From Capsulimonadaceae bacterium (lineage in GTDB: Bacteria > Armatimonadota > Armatimonadia > Armatimonadales > Capsulimonadaceae): a stretch of 64,000 nt of DNA. A program made the translations under genes and the position numbers. The stretch spans positions 4,032,001-4,096,000 of the forward strand of contig OZ244065.1 of NCBI GenBank assembly GCA_965215505.1. Direction: 5' to 3'. Within the stretch, counting starts at the first letter, position 1. Every line of letters starts with the position of its first letter. Below, piece after piece: positions 38,464 through 47,480 of this stretch. The notes beneath the pieces are model-generated. The model was given only the letters and a program-made list of their open reading frames with translations. It was not told the DNA's origin and did not search any database.

Positions 38464-39564
38464 TCAGTCCGCGCTGGTCGGCGCGCTTCCGCTGGGGGAA
38501 GGTCGCCACCGGTTCTCATTGGCCTGGTAGATCTCCTGCAAGATCGCGTGAATGTCGTACTCTTGTTTCCACTCGGGATACTGAGACTGAAACTTCCCGT
38601 TGTCGCCGACCCACCAGATGTGGTCGCCGGTCCGGTTCTGCTCCTGGTAAGTGTACTGGAGCGCCTTCCCGGCGATCCTCTGCCCCGCCTCGATTCCCTC
38701 CAGCATGGAGCAGTGGGAGAAGCGCCCGCCGCCGATGTTGTAGACCTCGGCGATGCGCGGGGCCTTGAAGAAGGCATCAAAGGCGCGGATCAGGTCATTG
38801 GAGTGGATGGCGTCGCGGACCTGCTTCCCTTTATACCCGAAAACCGTGTACGGCGTCTCGGTCATGATGCAGCGCATCAGGTAGGCCAGGAACCCGTGGA
38901 GCTGCGTGGCGGCGTGCTGCGGCCCGGTCAGGGTGCCGCCCCGGAAGCAGGCGGTCCGCAGGCCGAAGTAGCGCCCGTATTCCTGCACCAGCACGTCGGC
39001 GGCCACTTTGGAGGCCCCGAACAGGGAGTGCAGGCACTGGTCAATGGACATGTCCTCCCGAATCCCAGGCTCATAAGTGTGGCCCGGCGCGATCTCGTAG
39101 CGCGTCTCCTGCTCCACTAGGGGCAGGCGGTTGGGCGTGTCGCCGTAGACCTTGTTGGTGGAGGTGAAAATGAACACGGCCTCGGGGCAGCGGTGCCGGA
39201 CGGCTTCGAGGACGTTCAGGGTGCCGACGGCGTTGACGTCGAAGTCGGTGAACGGCTCGCGGGCGGCCCAGTCGTGGGACGGCTGGGCCGCCGTGTGGAT
39301 GACCAGGCTGACTTCCCGGCCGTAGCGCGCCAGCAGCGCGTCCACGGCGGCCCGGTCCCGGATGTCCAGGCCGTGGTGCGCGTACCGGCCGCCAAGCTCC
39401 GCCTGGAGGTCCTTGACGTTGTGGGCGGTGCTGGCCTCCGCGCCGAAGAAGACGCGCCGCATGTCGTTATCCACGCCGACCACGTCCATGCCCATCGCGC
39501 CGAAGTAGCGCGTCGCCTCGGACCCGATCAGGCCCGCCGATCCCGTTATGACTGCAACACTCAT
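38464..39564 (-). CDS. CDP-paratose 2-epimerase (RfbE/Tyv)-like NAD-dependent epimerase
   Basis: [39 protein letters not shown]. Confidence 0.75.
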   Translation of the reverse strand: MSVAVITGSAGLIGSEATRYFGAMGMDVVGVDNDMRRVFFGAEASTAHNVKDLQAELGGRYAHHGLDIRDRAAVDALLARYGREVSLVIHTAAQPSHDWAAREPFTDFDVNAVGTLNVLEAVRHRCPEAVFIFTSTNKVYGDTPNRLPLVEQETRYEIAPGHTYEPGIREDMSIDQCLHSLFGASKVAADVLVQEYGRYFGLRTACFRGGTLTGPQHAATQLHGFLAYLMRCIMTETPYTVFGYKGKQVRDAIHSNDLIRAFDAFFKAPRIAEVYNIGGGRFSHCSMLEGIEAGQRIAGKALQYTYQEQNRTGDHIWWVGDNGKFQSQYPEWKQEYDIHAILQEIYQANENRWRPSPSGSAPTSAD

Positions 39565-39666
39565 TTCTTTTGCCTACTCATCGCCGTCCCCCGTACCTCT
39601 ATTCACAGAGGCGTTCCCGCGCGGAATGTTTCATGAATCTGTCCCAAACCCCGAAGCGGGGGCGCA

Positions 39667-40839
39667 TCAGCGCGGCGTCTGCGCCTCGACCGCCTGCCAG
39701 ACCGCTTCGAGCGTGATGCCGGCGACGCACGGCTTCGGCTGGTCCGGCGGCACCTTGTAGATGCAGGCCCAGTCGCAGCCGAAACAGGGCATCGGGTGGG
39801 AGGCGGCCATCGGGAGCGGCCGCGCCGTGGGCCGCTCGGTCCGGTAGGGGACATAGCGCCCGTAGTGCCCCCCCCCGATGATGCAGACCGAGGGCGTCGC
39901 CAGCGCCGCCGCCATGTGCAGCCCGCTCGTCTCCGAGCCGACCACCAGCCGCGCACCCGCGATGACCCGGATGAGGTCGGGGAGCGACGTCCGCCCGGTC
40001 CAGTCTTCAATCGCCGCGCCCTCGTCTGCCGCGAGCCGCTCCCCCAGGGGCCGGTCCTGGCCGGCCCCGACGACGATCCCGGTCCAGCCCGTCCGCTCGT
40101 GCAGACGCCGCGCGAGCCGCGCGTAGTTCTCCAGCGGCCACTGCCGGTACGCCTTGCCCGCGCCGGGGACCAGCACATAGTAGTCGCCCGTGGGGAAACC
40201 CTCCGGCAGCCCCGGCGTCCGGGGCAGGACCGGCAGGTCCGCCCGGAAGTCCGCCGCGCCGAGCGCGCGCACGAAGTCGGCGTTGCGTTCCAGCTCCTGG
40301 CGCGGCTCGGGGTGGGAGCGGATGACCCGCGTGTACCACGAGTCCACCAGGCGCATCAGGGGCGGCGTGATGATCGAGAAGTCGCCGGAATGGCAGACGC
40401 GCTCCGACGCCCCGCTCGCCCGCGCCAGCGTGTCGCTCCACAGGAAGTCGCGCGAGAAGATCGGGTTGATCAGCGTCCCGAAGCCCTCGTGCCGGACGCG
40501 GGCGAGGAAGCGGAAGCGGTACAAAGGGTCGGTCACGAACTTCTTCCGGTCCATGCCCCAGACTCGGTCGAACGCGGGCACCTGCGCGGCCAATTCCTGC
40601 CAGGTCTTGTTGCCGACCAGGGTGATCTCGGCACCGGGGTACAGCGCGCGCAGGGCCGGGGCCGCGTCCTGCCAGACCACGAAGTCGCCCAGGGCGTCCA
40701 TGCGGAGGACCAGGACCTTGCCCGCGCCCCGGCCCTTCCGCACACACCGGGCGGCGGTGTCCACCGGCAGGAGGACGACCAGCCACCACAGCAGCCGCGT
40801 GACATCGCGCAGGGTCAGGCCTTTCAACCTAGTCGTCAT
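39667..40839 (-). CDS. GT9 glycosyltransferase (heptosyltransferase-like)
   Basis: R.DALGD, PGA....RQWP, G.TSL, ETSGLHMAAAL, C.GC...C. Confidence 0.85.
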   Translation of the reverse strand: MTTRLKGLTLRDVTRLLWWLVVLLPVDTAARCVRKGRGAGKVLVLRMDALGDFVVWQDAAPALRALYPGAEITLVGNKTWQELAAQVPAFDRVWGMDRKKFVTDPLYRFRFLARVRHEGFGTLINPIFSRDFLWSDTLARASGASERVCHSGDFSIITPPLMRLVDSWYTRVIRSHPEPRQELERNADFVRALGAADFRADLPVLPRTPGLPEGFPTGDYYVLVPGAGKAYRQWPLENYARLARRLHERTGWTGIVVGAGQDRPLGERLAADEGAAIEDWTGRTSLPDLIRVIAGARLVVGSETSGLHMAAALATPSVCIIGGGHYGRYVPYRTERPTARPLPMAASHPMPCFGCDWACIYKVPPDQPKPCVAGITLEAVWQAVEAQTPR

Positions 40840-42185
40840 GGGAGGGCGGACCCCGGCTCGGCCAGCGGGGCTTCCTGCGGTGCGCGGGCCGCCGCGATGA
40901 TCGTGGACAGCACTTGAAGCCCGAGTACCAGCAGAGTCGGCTGGGCGATGGAGAACTCGAACATGGATTTCACGATGGAGATGGAGAACGGGTCCCGGAA
41001 GAACGTGAAGCCGAGCCATCCGGTGAGCATGACGTACATCACGCGATACAGCAGCGTCCGGTCCCGACCGCGCAGGTAGCTCAGGCCGCAGCCCGTCAGG
41101 AACAACGCCGCGAGTGTCCCCAGGACGCCGAAATTTACCATGAAGGAGAAGAACGAGGAGAGGCCACCCGCAGGCGAAAATATCTCATAGCCGTATTGCG
41201 CCGGGTCGATCAGGTAAGCGGCCTTGCCTGGGAAGAAGGCAGTCGGGATCAGGTTGATAAAGCTGCCGATGAGGAACACAGGAAATTTGATGACTTCAAA
41301 GCCGTTGACCTCCAGGAAATGCAGCATCGGCAGATTAACGAAAAGCGGTTCGGTGAGCAGATTAATCAAGCCTTGACCGGCCTTCAAGGATTGTCCTTGA
41401 CGCAGCAAGCCGGCTCCCCCGGCGAAGGCGGCTACCGCCAGGCTGAAGAGGAGCATCCGCCGCACCGGGATGCGCCGGAAGTAGACGGTCCGATAGACCA
41501 GCAGCATGACCAAAGTGGAGATGAAGTACAAGCGGCCACCCAACGACAGAACGAGTATGGCGACGATGAAATAGATCACGAAGAAGTGGTTCCGCAGCAG
41601 GGAGCGGAACCGCCCTAGTCCTGCGCTCCGCTCGTCTAATTTGGCGGCGTAGGTGATGGCGACGGACAGGATGGAGACGCTGATACCCGTAAACGCCGAG
41701 CGCTCGGGCGTCGGCACCGGCGTGACCAGGGGGCTGGTATAGCCCATGAACAACTCACCGCGCAGCAGGAACGCATAGGCTGCGGCCAGGACGGCACCGA
41801 TCGCCAGAGGCACGTTCAGGGTGTTCTTGTAAAAAAACAGCCGACGATAGCGGGGGTTGGGCCGTTGCGGCTCCGGCAGCCGCCGCCGCACCCACTCGCT
41901 CCCGCCCCAGAAGCACAGGTAGGAGGCTAATGTGACCAGGAAATAGAGGGTCAGGTTTGGGGGGGGGATGTTGTCAAAGAGCAGATACCAGAGGCGAAAG
42001 GTCGGCTCATCCGCCTCCACCCGGAAGATGCCGACTCCTATCGGGAAAACCCAGTAGAAAAGGAAGCCGACGGTGAACATCAGGACGTGATTGACTTCCA
42101 GGCCGCCCGCCCGGACGCAGGAGCGCCGGGCCAGCCAGACCGGGACCAGGATGTTCAGGAAAAACAGGGCGGCAATGAGAGTCAT
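40836..42185 (-). CDS. wzy: Wzy-type polysaccharide polymerase
   Basis: About 11 TMs, LGGR, FFRD; position in the locus. Confidence 0.7.
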   Translation of the reverse strand: MTLIAALFFLNILVPVWLARRSCVRAGGLEVNHVLMFTVGFLFYWVFPIGVGIFRVEADEPTFRLWYLLFDNIPPPNLTLYFLVTLASYLCFWGGSEWVRRRLPEPQRPNPRYRRLFFYKNTLNVPLAIGAVLAAAYAFLLRGELFMGYTSPLVTPVPTPERSAFTGISVSILSVAITYAAKLDERSAGLGRFRSLLRNHFFVIYFIVAILVLSLGGRLYFISTLVMLLVYRTVYFRRIPVRRMLLFSLAVAAFAGGAGLLRQGQSLKAGQGLINLLTEPLFVNLPMLHFLEVNGFEVIKFPVFLIGSFINLIPTAFFPGKAAYLIDPAQYGYEIFSPAGGLSSFFSFMVNFGVLGTLAALFLTGCGLSYLRGRDRTLLYRVMYVMLTGWLGFTFFRDPFSISIVKSMFEFSIAQPTLLVLGLQVLSTIIAAARAPQEAPLAEPGSALP

Positions 42186-43210
42186 GAGGCTTGTCTCACC
42201 GCGCTTCCGGTGCGGACGCGCCGGAGCATCGCGTAGGCCCGCTCGAAGAGCAGCGCGTACACCGCGCGGGGCGTCAGCACCATCGGGACGATCACCAGCA
42301 GCAGGACGGGGTGCGGCCCGTAGACGCGCCACAGGCGGCGCAGCCCGTCGCGGTAGTCGGGCCGGACCGTCCCGATGGCCCCCTTCGATTTGAAGACGCC
42401 GATGACGTAGCAGACGAAACGCAGGACCTTCGCCCGGACCTGCCGGACGGCGGCCTCGGAATACCCGTTCCGGCGGGCATAGCGCAGGACGAGGTCGAAG
42501 TTCGTGACGAAGACCTCGAAGAAATTGAAGCCCTGGTTGTTGTCGGCCCGCTGGGCCAGGAACGGTTGCTGCGTGGCGTAAAAGCCGCGCCCCGGTGCGA
42601 GCGCGTCCACGAAGAAAAAGGCCTGAATGACGACCGTCCCGACCTTGTCCGCGTAGTCTTTCCCCAGGACGTTCGCCCGGCGGAAGGCGATGCACGAGAG
42701 GAACGTGATGTGCGTCCCCAGGAAGACCAGCGCCTCGTCGCGCGTCCCCAGCAGGCGGTCCGCTTCCAGCCGGAAGACGCCCGCCGTCTCCTCGTCCGGT
42801 GAGTGCGTGAAGGGGCGCGTGTTCAGGCTGAAGGCGTCAAAGTCCGGGTGTTGCCCGATGAGTTCAAGCAGCCGGGCGACCGCGCCGGGGAGCAGCACGT
42901 CGTCGTCGGAGAGCAGGTACAGGAACTCGCCGCGTGCCTGCGTCAAGGCGTCGGTGAAGTTGCGGTCCGGCCCGATGTTCTGGGGGCGGCGGACGTAGCG
43001 CAGGGCAACGTGGGGGAAGTCGGCCTGGGCCTTGGCGACGACGGCGGGCGTCTGGTCCGGGGAGGCGTTGTCCAGCACGAGGACCTCCACGCGGGCAGCC
43101 GCGTCGGGCGTGAGCTGCGACAGCACGGCCCGGAGCGCCTGGCCGAGCAGGGCGGCGCGCTTGTAGGTCGGAATGCACAGCGACAGGCGGGGGGGCGGGG
43201 AAGGCATCAC
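42182..43210 (-). CDS. GT2 glycosyltransferase A (RfbV/WbaV abequosyltransferase-like)
   Basis: LSLCIPTY.R, DNAS.D, NIGPDRNF, LSDDD, TFLS. Confidence 0.85.
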   Translation of the reverse strand: MMPSPPPRLSLCIPTYKRAALLGQALRAVLSQLTPDAAARVEVLVLDNASPDQTPAVVAKAQADFPHVALRYVRRPQNIGPDRNFTDALTQARGEFLYLLSDDDVLLPGAVARLLELIGQHPDFDAFSLNTRPFTHSPDEETAGVFRLEADRLLGTRDEALVFLGTHITFLSCIAFRRANVLGKDYADKVGTVVIQAFFFVDALAPGRGFYATQQPFLAQRADNNQGFNFFEVFVTNFDLVLRYARRNGYSEAAVRQVRAKVLRFVCYVIGVFKSKGAIGTVRPDYRDGLRRLWRVYGPHPVLLLVIVPMVLTPRAVYALLFERAYAMLRRVRTGSAVRQAS

Positions 43211-43215
43211 GGCCT

Positions 43216-44265
43216 CTATTGTACCCCCCGCGCGGGCGGATTGAGGCCCGCCGCCGATGCGGGCTTGGGCCGGACACCTTTAGCGAGGCGGTAAAGGGCA
43301 TGCGCGCGCATGAAAAGCAGCGTGAAAAGCGGTCGGGGGAGCAGGATCATCGGGAGGACGACCAGCAGCAGGAAGGGGTCGGGTCCGTAGACCCGCCACA
43401 GCCGGGTGATGCCGTCGCGGTAATCGGGCCGGACCGTGCCGAGTGCGCCCTTGTCCTTGAAGACGCGCACATACGCGCCGATCAGACGCAGATGCCGGGC
43501 CATGACCTGCCGGACGCACGGCGCGGAGTATCCCAACGTCCCCGCGTGGCGGATGAGGGCGTTGAAGTTGGTGACGAAGACGCGGAAGAAGTCGAACCCC
43601 TCGTTGTTACCCGCCCGCTGGGCCAGGAAACACTCGCGGACGGCGTACAGGCCGCGCCCCGGCGCGAGGGCGTCCAGGAACATATAAGCCTGGGCCAGAT
43701 TGGTCGCGTAGCGGGCGCTGTAGTCGCGCCCCGCCACTGCCTCCCGGCGGAAGGCGATGCACGAGAGAAACGCGATGTGCGTCCCCAGGAAGACCAGCGC
43801 CTCGTCGCCCGTCCCCAGCAGGCGGTCGCCTTCTATGGTGTAAGCGCCCTCGCCCTCCTCCTCGGGGTGTTCCCAGAACTGACGGACGTTGAGTGCGAAG
43901 GCGTCCACGTCGGGGTGGTCCGCGATGAGGCCCAGCAGCCGGGCGATCGCGCCGGGCAGCAGCACGTCGTCGTCGGAGAGCAGGTACACCCAGGCCCCGC
44001 GCGCCTGGTTGGGGGCGTCGCAGAAGTTGGCGTCGCACCCGATGTTCTGGGGGCGGCGGACGGAGCGGAGCGTGACGCGGGGGAAGTCGGCCTGGGCGCG
44101 GGCGACGGCGGCGGGGGTGTCGTCGGGGGAGTGGTTGTCGATGACGACGACCTCGACCTGTCCGGCGAGGGCGGGCGTGACCTGGGCCAGGATGGCGCGG
44201 AGGGACTGGTCGAGCAGGGCGGCGCGGTTGTAGGTCGGAACGCACAGGGAGAGCAGGGGTGGCAT
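43216..44265 (-). CDS. GT2 glycosyltransferase B (RfbV-like)
   Basis: Same motifs; paralog. Confidence 0.85.
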   Translation of the reverse strand: MPPLLSLCVPTYNRAALLDQSLRAILAQVTPALAGQVEVVVIDNHSPDDTPAAVARAQADFPRVTLRSVRRPQNIGCDANFCDAPNQARGAWVYLLSDDDVLLPGAIARLLGLIADHPDVDAFALNVRQFWEHPEEEGEGAYTIEGDRLLGTGDEALVFLGTHIAFLSCIAFRREAVAGRDYSARYATNLAQAYMFLDALAPGRGLYAVRECFLAQRAGNNEGFDFFRVFVTNFNALIRHAGTLGYSAPCVRQVMARHLRLIGAYVRVFKDKGALGTVRPDYRDGITRLWRVYGPDPFLLLVVLPMILLPRPLFTLLFMRAHALYRLAKGVRPKPASAAGLNPPARGVQ

Positions 44266-44301
44266 GGTGGCTCGATTATACCCGGTTCCTGTATACCCGG
44301 T

Positions 44302-45366
44302 TCATGCCCGGCGGGGCTTGCCGCCCGCCCGGCCCGCCGGCGGCTTCCCGGTCACGCGCGCCTTCAGTCCGGTATATAGGCGCTGCATGGGCGCGAAGAG
44401 GCCGCTCGGGACCAGCATCCGGGGGACGATCATGAGCGTCACAAAGCGGTCCGGCCCGTAGGCCCGCAGGATCAGCACGGCGGCCTCCAGATAGGCCCGG
44501 TAGCTGAGGTCCAGGGTGCCGCACCCGCCGCGCGTCTTGAAGTCGAGTACGCACTGGTACAGGAACTCGCGGTGGCGGGCGAACGTCTCCCGGACGGCCG
44601 CATCGGAGTAGCCGACCTCCCGCGCATACTGGAGGAGGTGCTGGAACTGCGTCACGAAGACCTGAAAGAAGCCGAATCCCTGGCTGTTATCGGCCCGGCG
44701 TGCGAGGAAAGGAGCCACGGCGACGTACAGGCCGCACCCCGGCGCGAGCGCGTCCAGGAACATGTAGGCCTGGCCGATGATGGTGCCGGAGAAGCGGGAA
44801 TAGTCGCGCCCCGCCACGTTGGCCCGGCGGAACGCAATGCAGGAGAGGAACGTGATATGGAAGCGCAGGAACGTCAGCGCCTCGTCGCATGTCCCCAGCA
44901 GGCTGTCTTCGGGGAGGACGAACAGGCCCGGCATGTCTTCGTCCGGGCTGTGAAGGAACTCGCGGACATTGAGTGCGAAGGCGTCCACGTCGGGGTGTTC
45001 GCCAATAAGCCGCAGCAGGGTGGCGACCGCACCGGGCAGCAGCACGTCGTCGTCGGAGAGCAGGTACACGAACGTGCCGTGCGCCTGGTTGGGCGCGTCA
45101 CACATGTTGGCGTCTGGCCCGATGTTCTCGGGGCGGCGGACGGAACGCAGGGCGGCGTGGGGGAACTCGGCCTGGACCTCGCGAACAACGTCCGGCGTAT
45201 CATCCGGGGAGGCGTTGTCCAGGATGACCACTTCCACCCGCCCAGCCATGTCCGGCGTGATCTGGGTGAGGATAGCCCGGAGCGCCTGCGGCAGCAGGGC
45301 GGCGCGGTTGTAGGTCGGTACGCAAAGCGAGAGCAGGGGCGGATCTTGCGTGGGCGTTTCTGTCAC
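44302..45366 (-). CDS. GT2 glycosyltransferase C (RfbV-like)
   Basis: Same motifs; GTG start overlaps the stop of D. Confidence 0.85.
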   Translation of the reverse strand: MTETPTQDPPLLSLCVPTYNRAALLPQALRAILTQITPDMAGRVEVVILDNASPDDTPDVVREVQAEFPHAALRSVRRPENIGPDANMCDAPNQAHGTFVYLLSDDDVLLPGAVATLLRLIGEHPDVDAFALNVREFLHSPDEDMPGLFVLPEDSLLGTCDEALTFLRFHITFLSCIAFRRANVAGRDYSRFSGTIIGQAYMFLDALAPGCGLYVAVAPFLARRADNSQGFGFFQVFVTQFQHLLQYAREVGYSDAAVRETFARHREFLYQCVLDFKTRGGCGTLDLSYRAYLEAAVLILRAYGPDRFVTLMIVPRMLVPSGLFAPMQRLYTGLKARVTGKPPAGRAGGKPRRA

Positions 45367-46442
45367 CGGGGAGCCTCCGAAACGCGCCCTTCGCCCGACG
45401 TCCGGCGGCCCCGCCTGCGGACGGCTCGATAAAGCCCCTGAATGGCCGTGAAGGCGGACGCCGGGACGAGGAGCAGGGGGACGACCTGGGACAGTACGCG
45501 CCGGTCGGTTCCGTAGGCGCGCAGCAGCCGGAATGCCGCCTTCAGGCACCCCAGGTAGCTGGCCCGCAGCTTACCGTACCCGCCCTCGGTCTTGAACACG
45601 AGGACGAAATGGTAGACGAAGTTGATCTGGTGGGCCGACATCGCGCGGGCGGTCTGTTCGGAGTAGCCGATGGCCTGGGCGTGGCGGATCAGGGCGTGGT
45701 AGTTGGTGACGAAGACGCGGAAGAAGTCGAACCCCTCGTTGTTGTCGGTGCGGCGCGACAGGTAAGGCTCCGCGACGGCGTACAGGCCGCGCCCCGGCGC
45801 GAGGGCGTCCAGGAACATATAAGCCTGGGCCAGATTGGTCGCATAGCGGGCGGTGTAGTCGCGCCCCGCCACTGCCTCCCGGCGGAAGGCGATGCACGAG
45901 AGGAACGCGATGTGAGTCCGCAGAAAGGCGAGGGCCTGGTCGGCGTCGGCGAACAGCCGCTCCGGACCGTCCAGCTTGAAGGCGCGCGGCTTTTCCAATA
46001 CCCCCTGGTGCAGGACCTCCGCCTCCGGCTCATCCGGCGCGCGCCGGAACTCGCGGACGTTGAGTGCGAAGGCGTCCACGTCGGGGTGGTCCGCGATGAG
46101 GCCCAGCAGCCGGGCGACCGCGCCGGGCAGCAGCACGTCGTCGTCGGAGAGCAGGTACACCCAGGCCCCGCGCGCCTGGTTGGGGGCGTCGCAGAAGTTG
46201 GCGTCGCACCCGATGTTCTGGGGGCGGCGGACGGAGCGGAGCGTGACGCGGGGGAAGTCGGCCTGGGCGCGGGCGACGGCGGCGGGGGTGTCGTCGGGGG
46301 AGTGGTTGTCGATGACGACGACCTCGACCTGTCCGGCGAGGGCGGGCGTGACCTGGGCCAGGATGGCGCGGAGGGACTGGTCGAGCAGGGCGGCGCGGTT
46401 GTAGGTCGGAACGCACAGGGAGAGCGTGGGCATCATAGGCAT
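45363..46442 (-). CDS. GT2 glycosyltransferase D (RfbV-like)
   Basis: Same motifs; N-half nearly identical to B. Confidence 0.85.
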   Translation of the reverse strand: MPMMPTLSLCVPTYNRAALLDQSLRAILAQVTPALAGQVEVVVIDNHSPDDTPAAVARAQADFPRVTLRSVRRPQNIGCDANFCDAPNQARGAWVYLLSDDDVLLPGAVARLLGLIADHPDVDAFALNVREFRRAPDEPEAEVLHQGVLEKPRAFKLDGPERLFADADQALAFLRTHIAFLSCIAFRREAVAGRDYTARYATNLAQAYMFLDALAPGRGLYAVAEPYLSRRTDNNEGFDFFRVFVTNYHALIRHAQAIGYSEQTARAMSAHQINFVYHFVLVFKTEGGYGKLRASYLGCLKAAFRLLRAYGTDRRVLSQVVPLLLVPASAFTAIQGLYRAVRRRGRRTSGEGRVSEAPR

Positions 46443-46445
46443 TGT

Positions 46446-47480
46446 TTATCCCGCCTCCTGCGTTTTGGGTGCACGTCCGGTCCGGCGCTGTGTCAGCCGA
46501 TAGAAGCCGGCCGGCAGCAGGAGGCGCGGGACGATGAAGCGCAGGGAGAACGGGTTGAAGCGGTAGGCCCGCAGCACGCGCACCACGGCGTCAGGGTAGT
46601 TCGGGCGCAGCTCGTCATAGTGGCCGCGGTCTTTAAAGATCAAAGCGTAATGGTAAATAAACCTCAGATGCGCGCGGAGCGCGGCGTCAAGTGCCTGCCC
46701 CGAAAAACCCGCCCGGTGGGCATAGCGCAGGACAAGGTCGAAGTTCGTGACGAAGACACGGAAGAAATTGTACCCGCCCGCGTTCTCCGCCCGCTGGGCC
46801 AGGAGGGGCTGGCGTGTGGCGTAGAAGCCGCGCCCCGGCGCCAATGCGTCCACGAAGAAGAAGGCCTGGATCAAAACGGTCCCGACCTTGTCCGCGTAGT
46901 CTTTCCCCAGCACGTTCGCCCGGCGGAAGGCCATGCACGAGAGGAACACGAGGTGCGTACTCAGAAGCTCGAGCGCCGCGTCCGGGCTGTGCGTCACCAT
47001 GTCTTCCTTCAGAGTGAACGGCTGGGAGCCGCCTTCCTCAGAAGGGTCCTCCCGGAACATGCGGACGTTAAGCGCGAAGGCGTCGAATGTGGGATGCTCG
47101 GCGATGAGCGAGAGCAGCTTGGCGATCGCGCCGGGGAGCAGCACGTCGTCGTCGGAGAGCAGGTACAGGAACTCGCCGCGCGCCTGCGTCAAGGCGTCGG
47201 TGAAGTTGCGGTCCGGCCCGATGTTCTGGGGGCGGCGGACGTAGCGCAGGGCAACGTGGGGGAAGTCGGCCTGGGCCTTGGCGACGACGGCGGGCGTCTG
47301 GTCCGGGGAGGCGTTGTCCAGCACGAGGACCTCCACGCGGGCAGCCGCGTCGGGCGTGAGCTGCGACAGCACGGCCCGGAGCGCCTGGCCGAGCAGGGCG
47401 GCGCGCTTGTAGGTCGGAATGCACAAGGAGAGCGTCGGGACCGAGGGCGTTTGTGGTTGAAGCGGCGTTGAGCCTGTCAT
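46446..47480 (-). CDS. GT2 glycosyltransferase E (RfbV-like)
   Basis: Same motifs; N-part nearly identical to A; ATGA overlap with wzx. Confidence 0.85.
   Translation of the reverse strand: MTGSTPLQPQTPSVPTLSLCIPTYKRAALLGQALRAVLSQLTPDAAARVEVLVLDNASPDQTPAVVAKAQADFPHVALRYVRRPQNIGPDRNFTDALTQARGEFLYLLSDDDVLLPGAIAKLLSLIAEHPTFDAFALNVRMFREDPSEEGGSQPFTLKEDMVTHSPDAALELLSTHLVFLSCMAFRRANVLGKDYADKVGTVLIQAFFFVDALAPGRGFYATRQPLLAQRAENAGGYNFFRVFVTNFDLVLRYAHRAGFSGQALDAALRAHLRFIYHYALIFKDRGHYDELRPNYPDAVVRVLRAYRFNPFSLRFIVPRLLLPAGFYRLTQRRTGRAPKTQEAG

Noticed and set aside
42182-47480. Diversity-generating retroelement or invertase shufflon as the cause of the GT2 repeats
   Set aside because: No reverse transcriptase or recombinase in the window, all copies are in direct orientation, and the differences are not adenine-specific.
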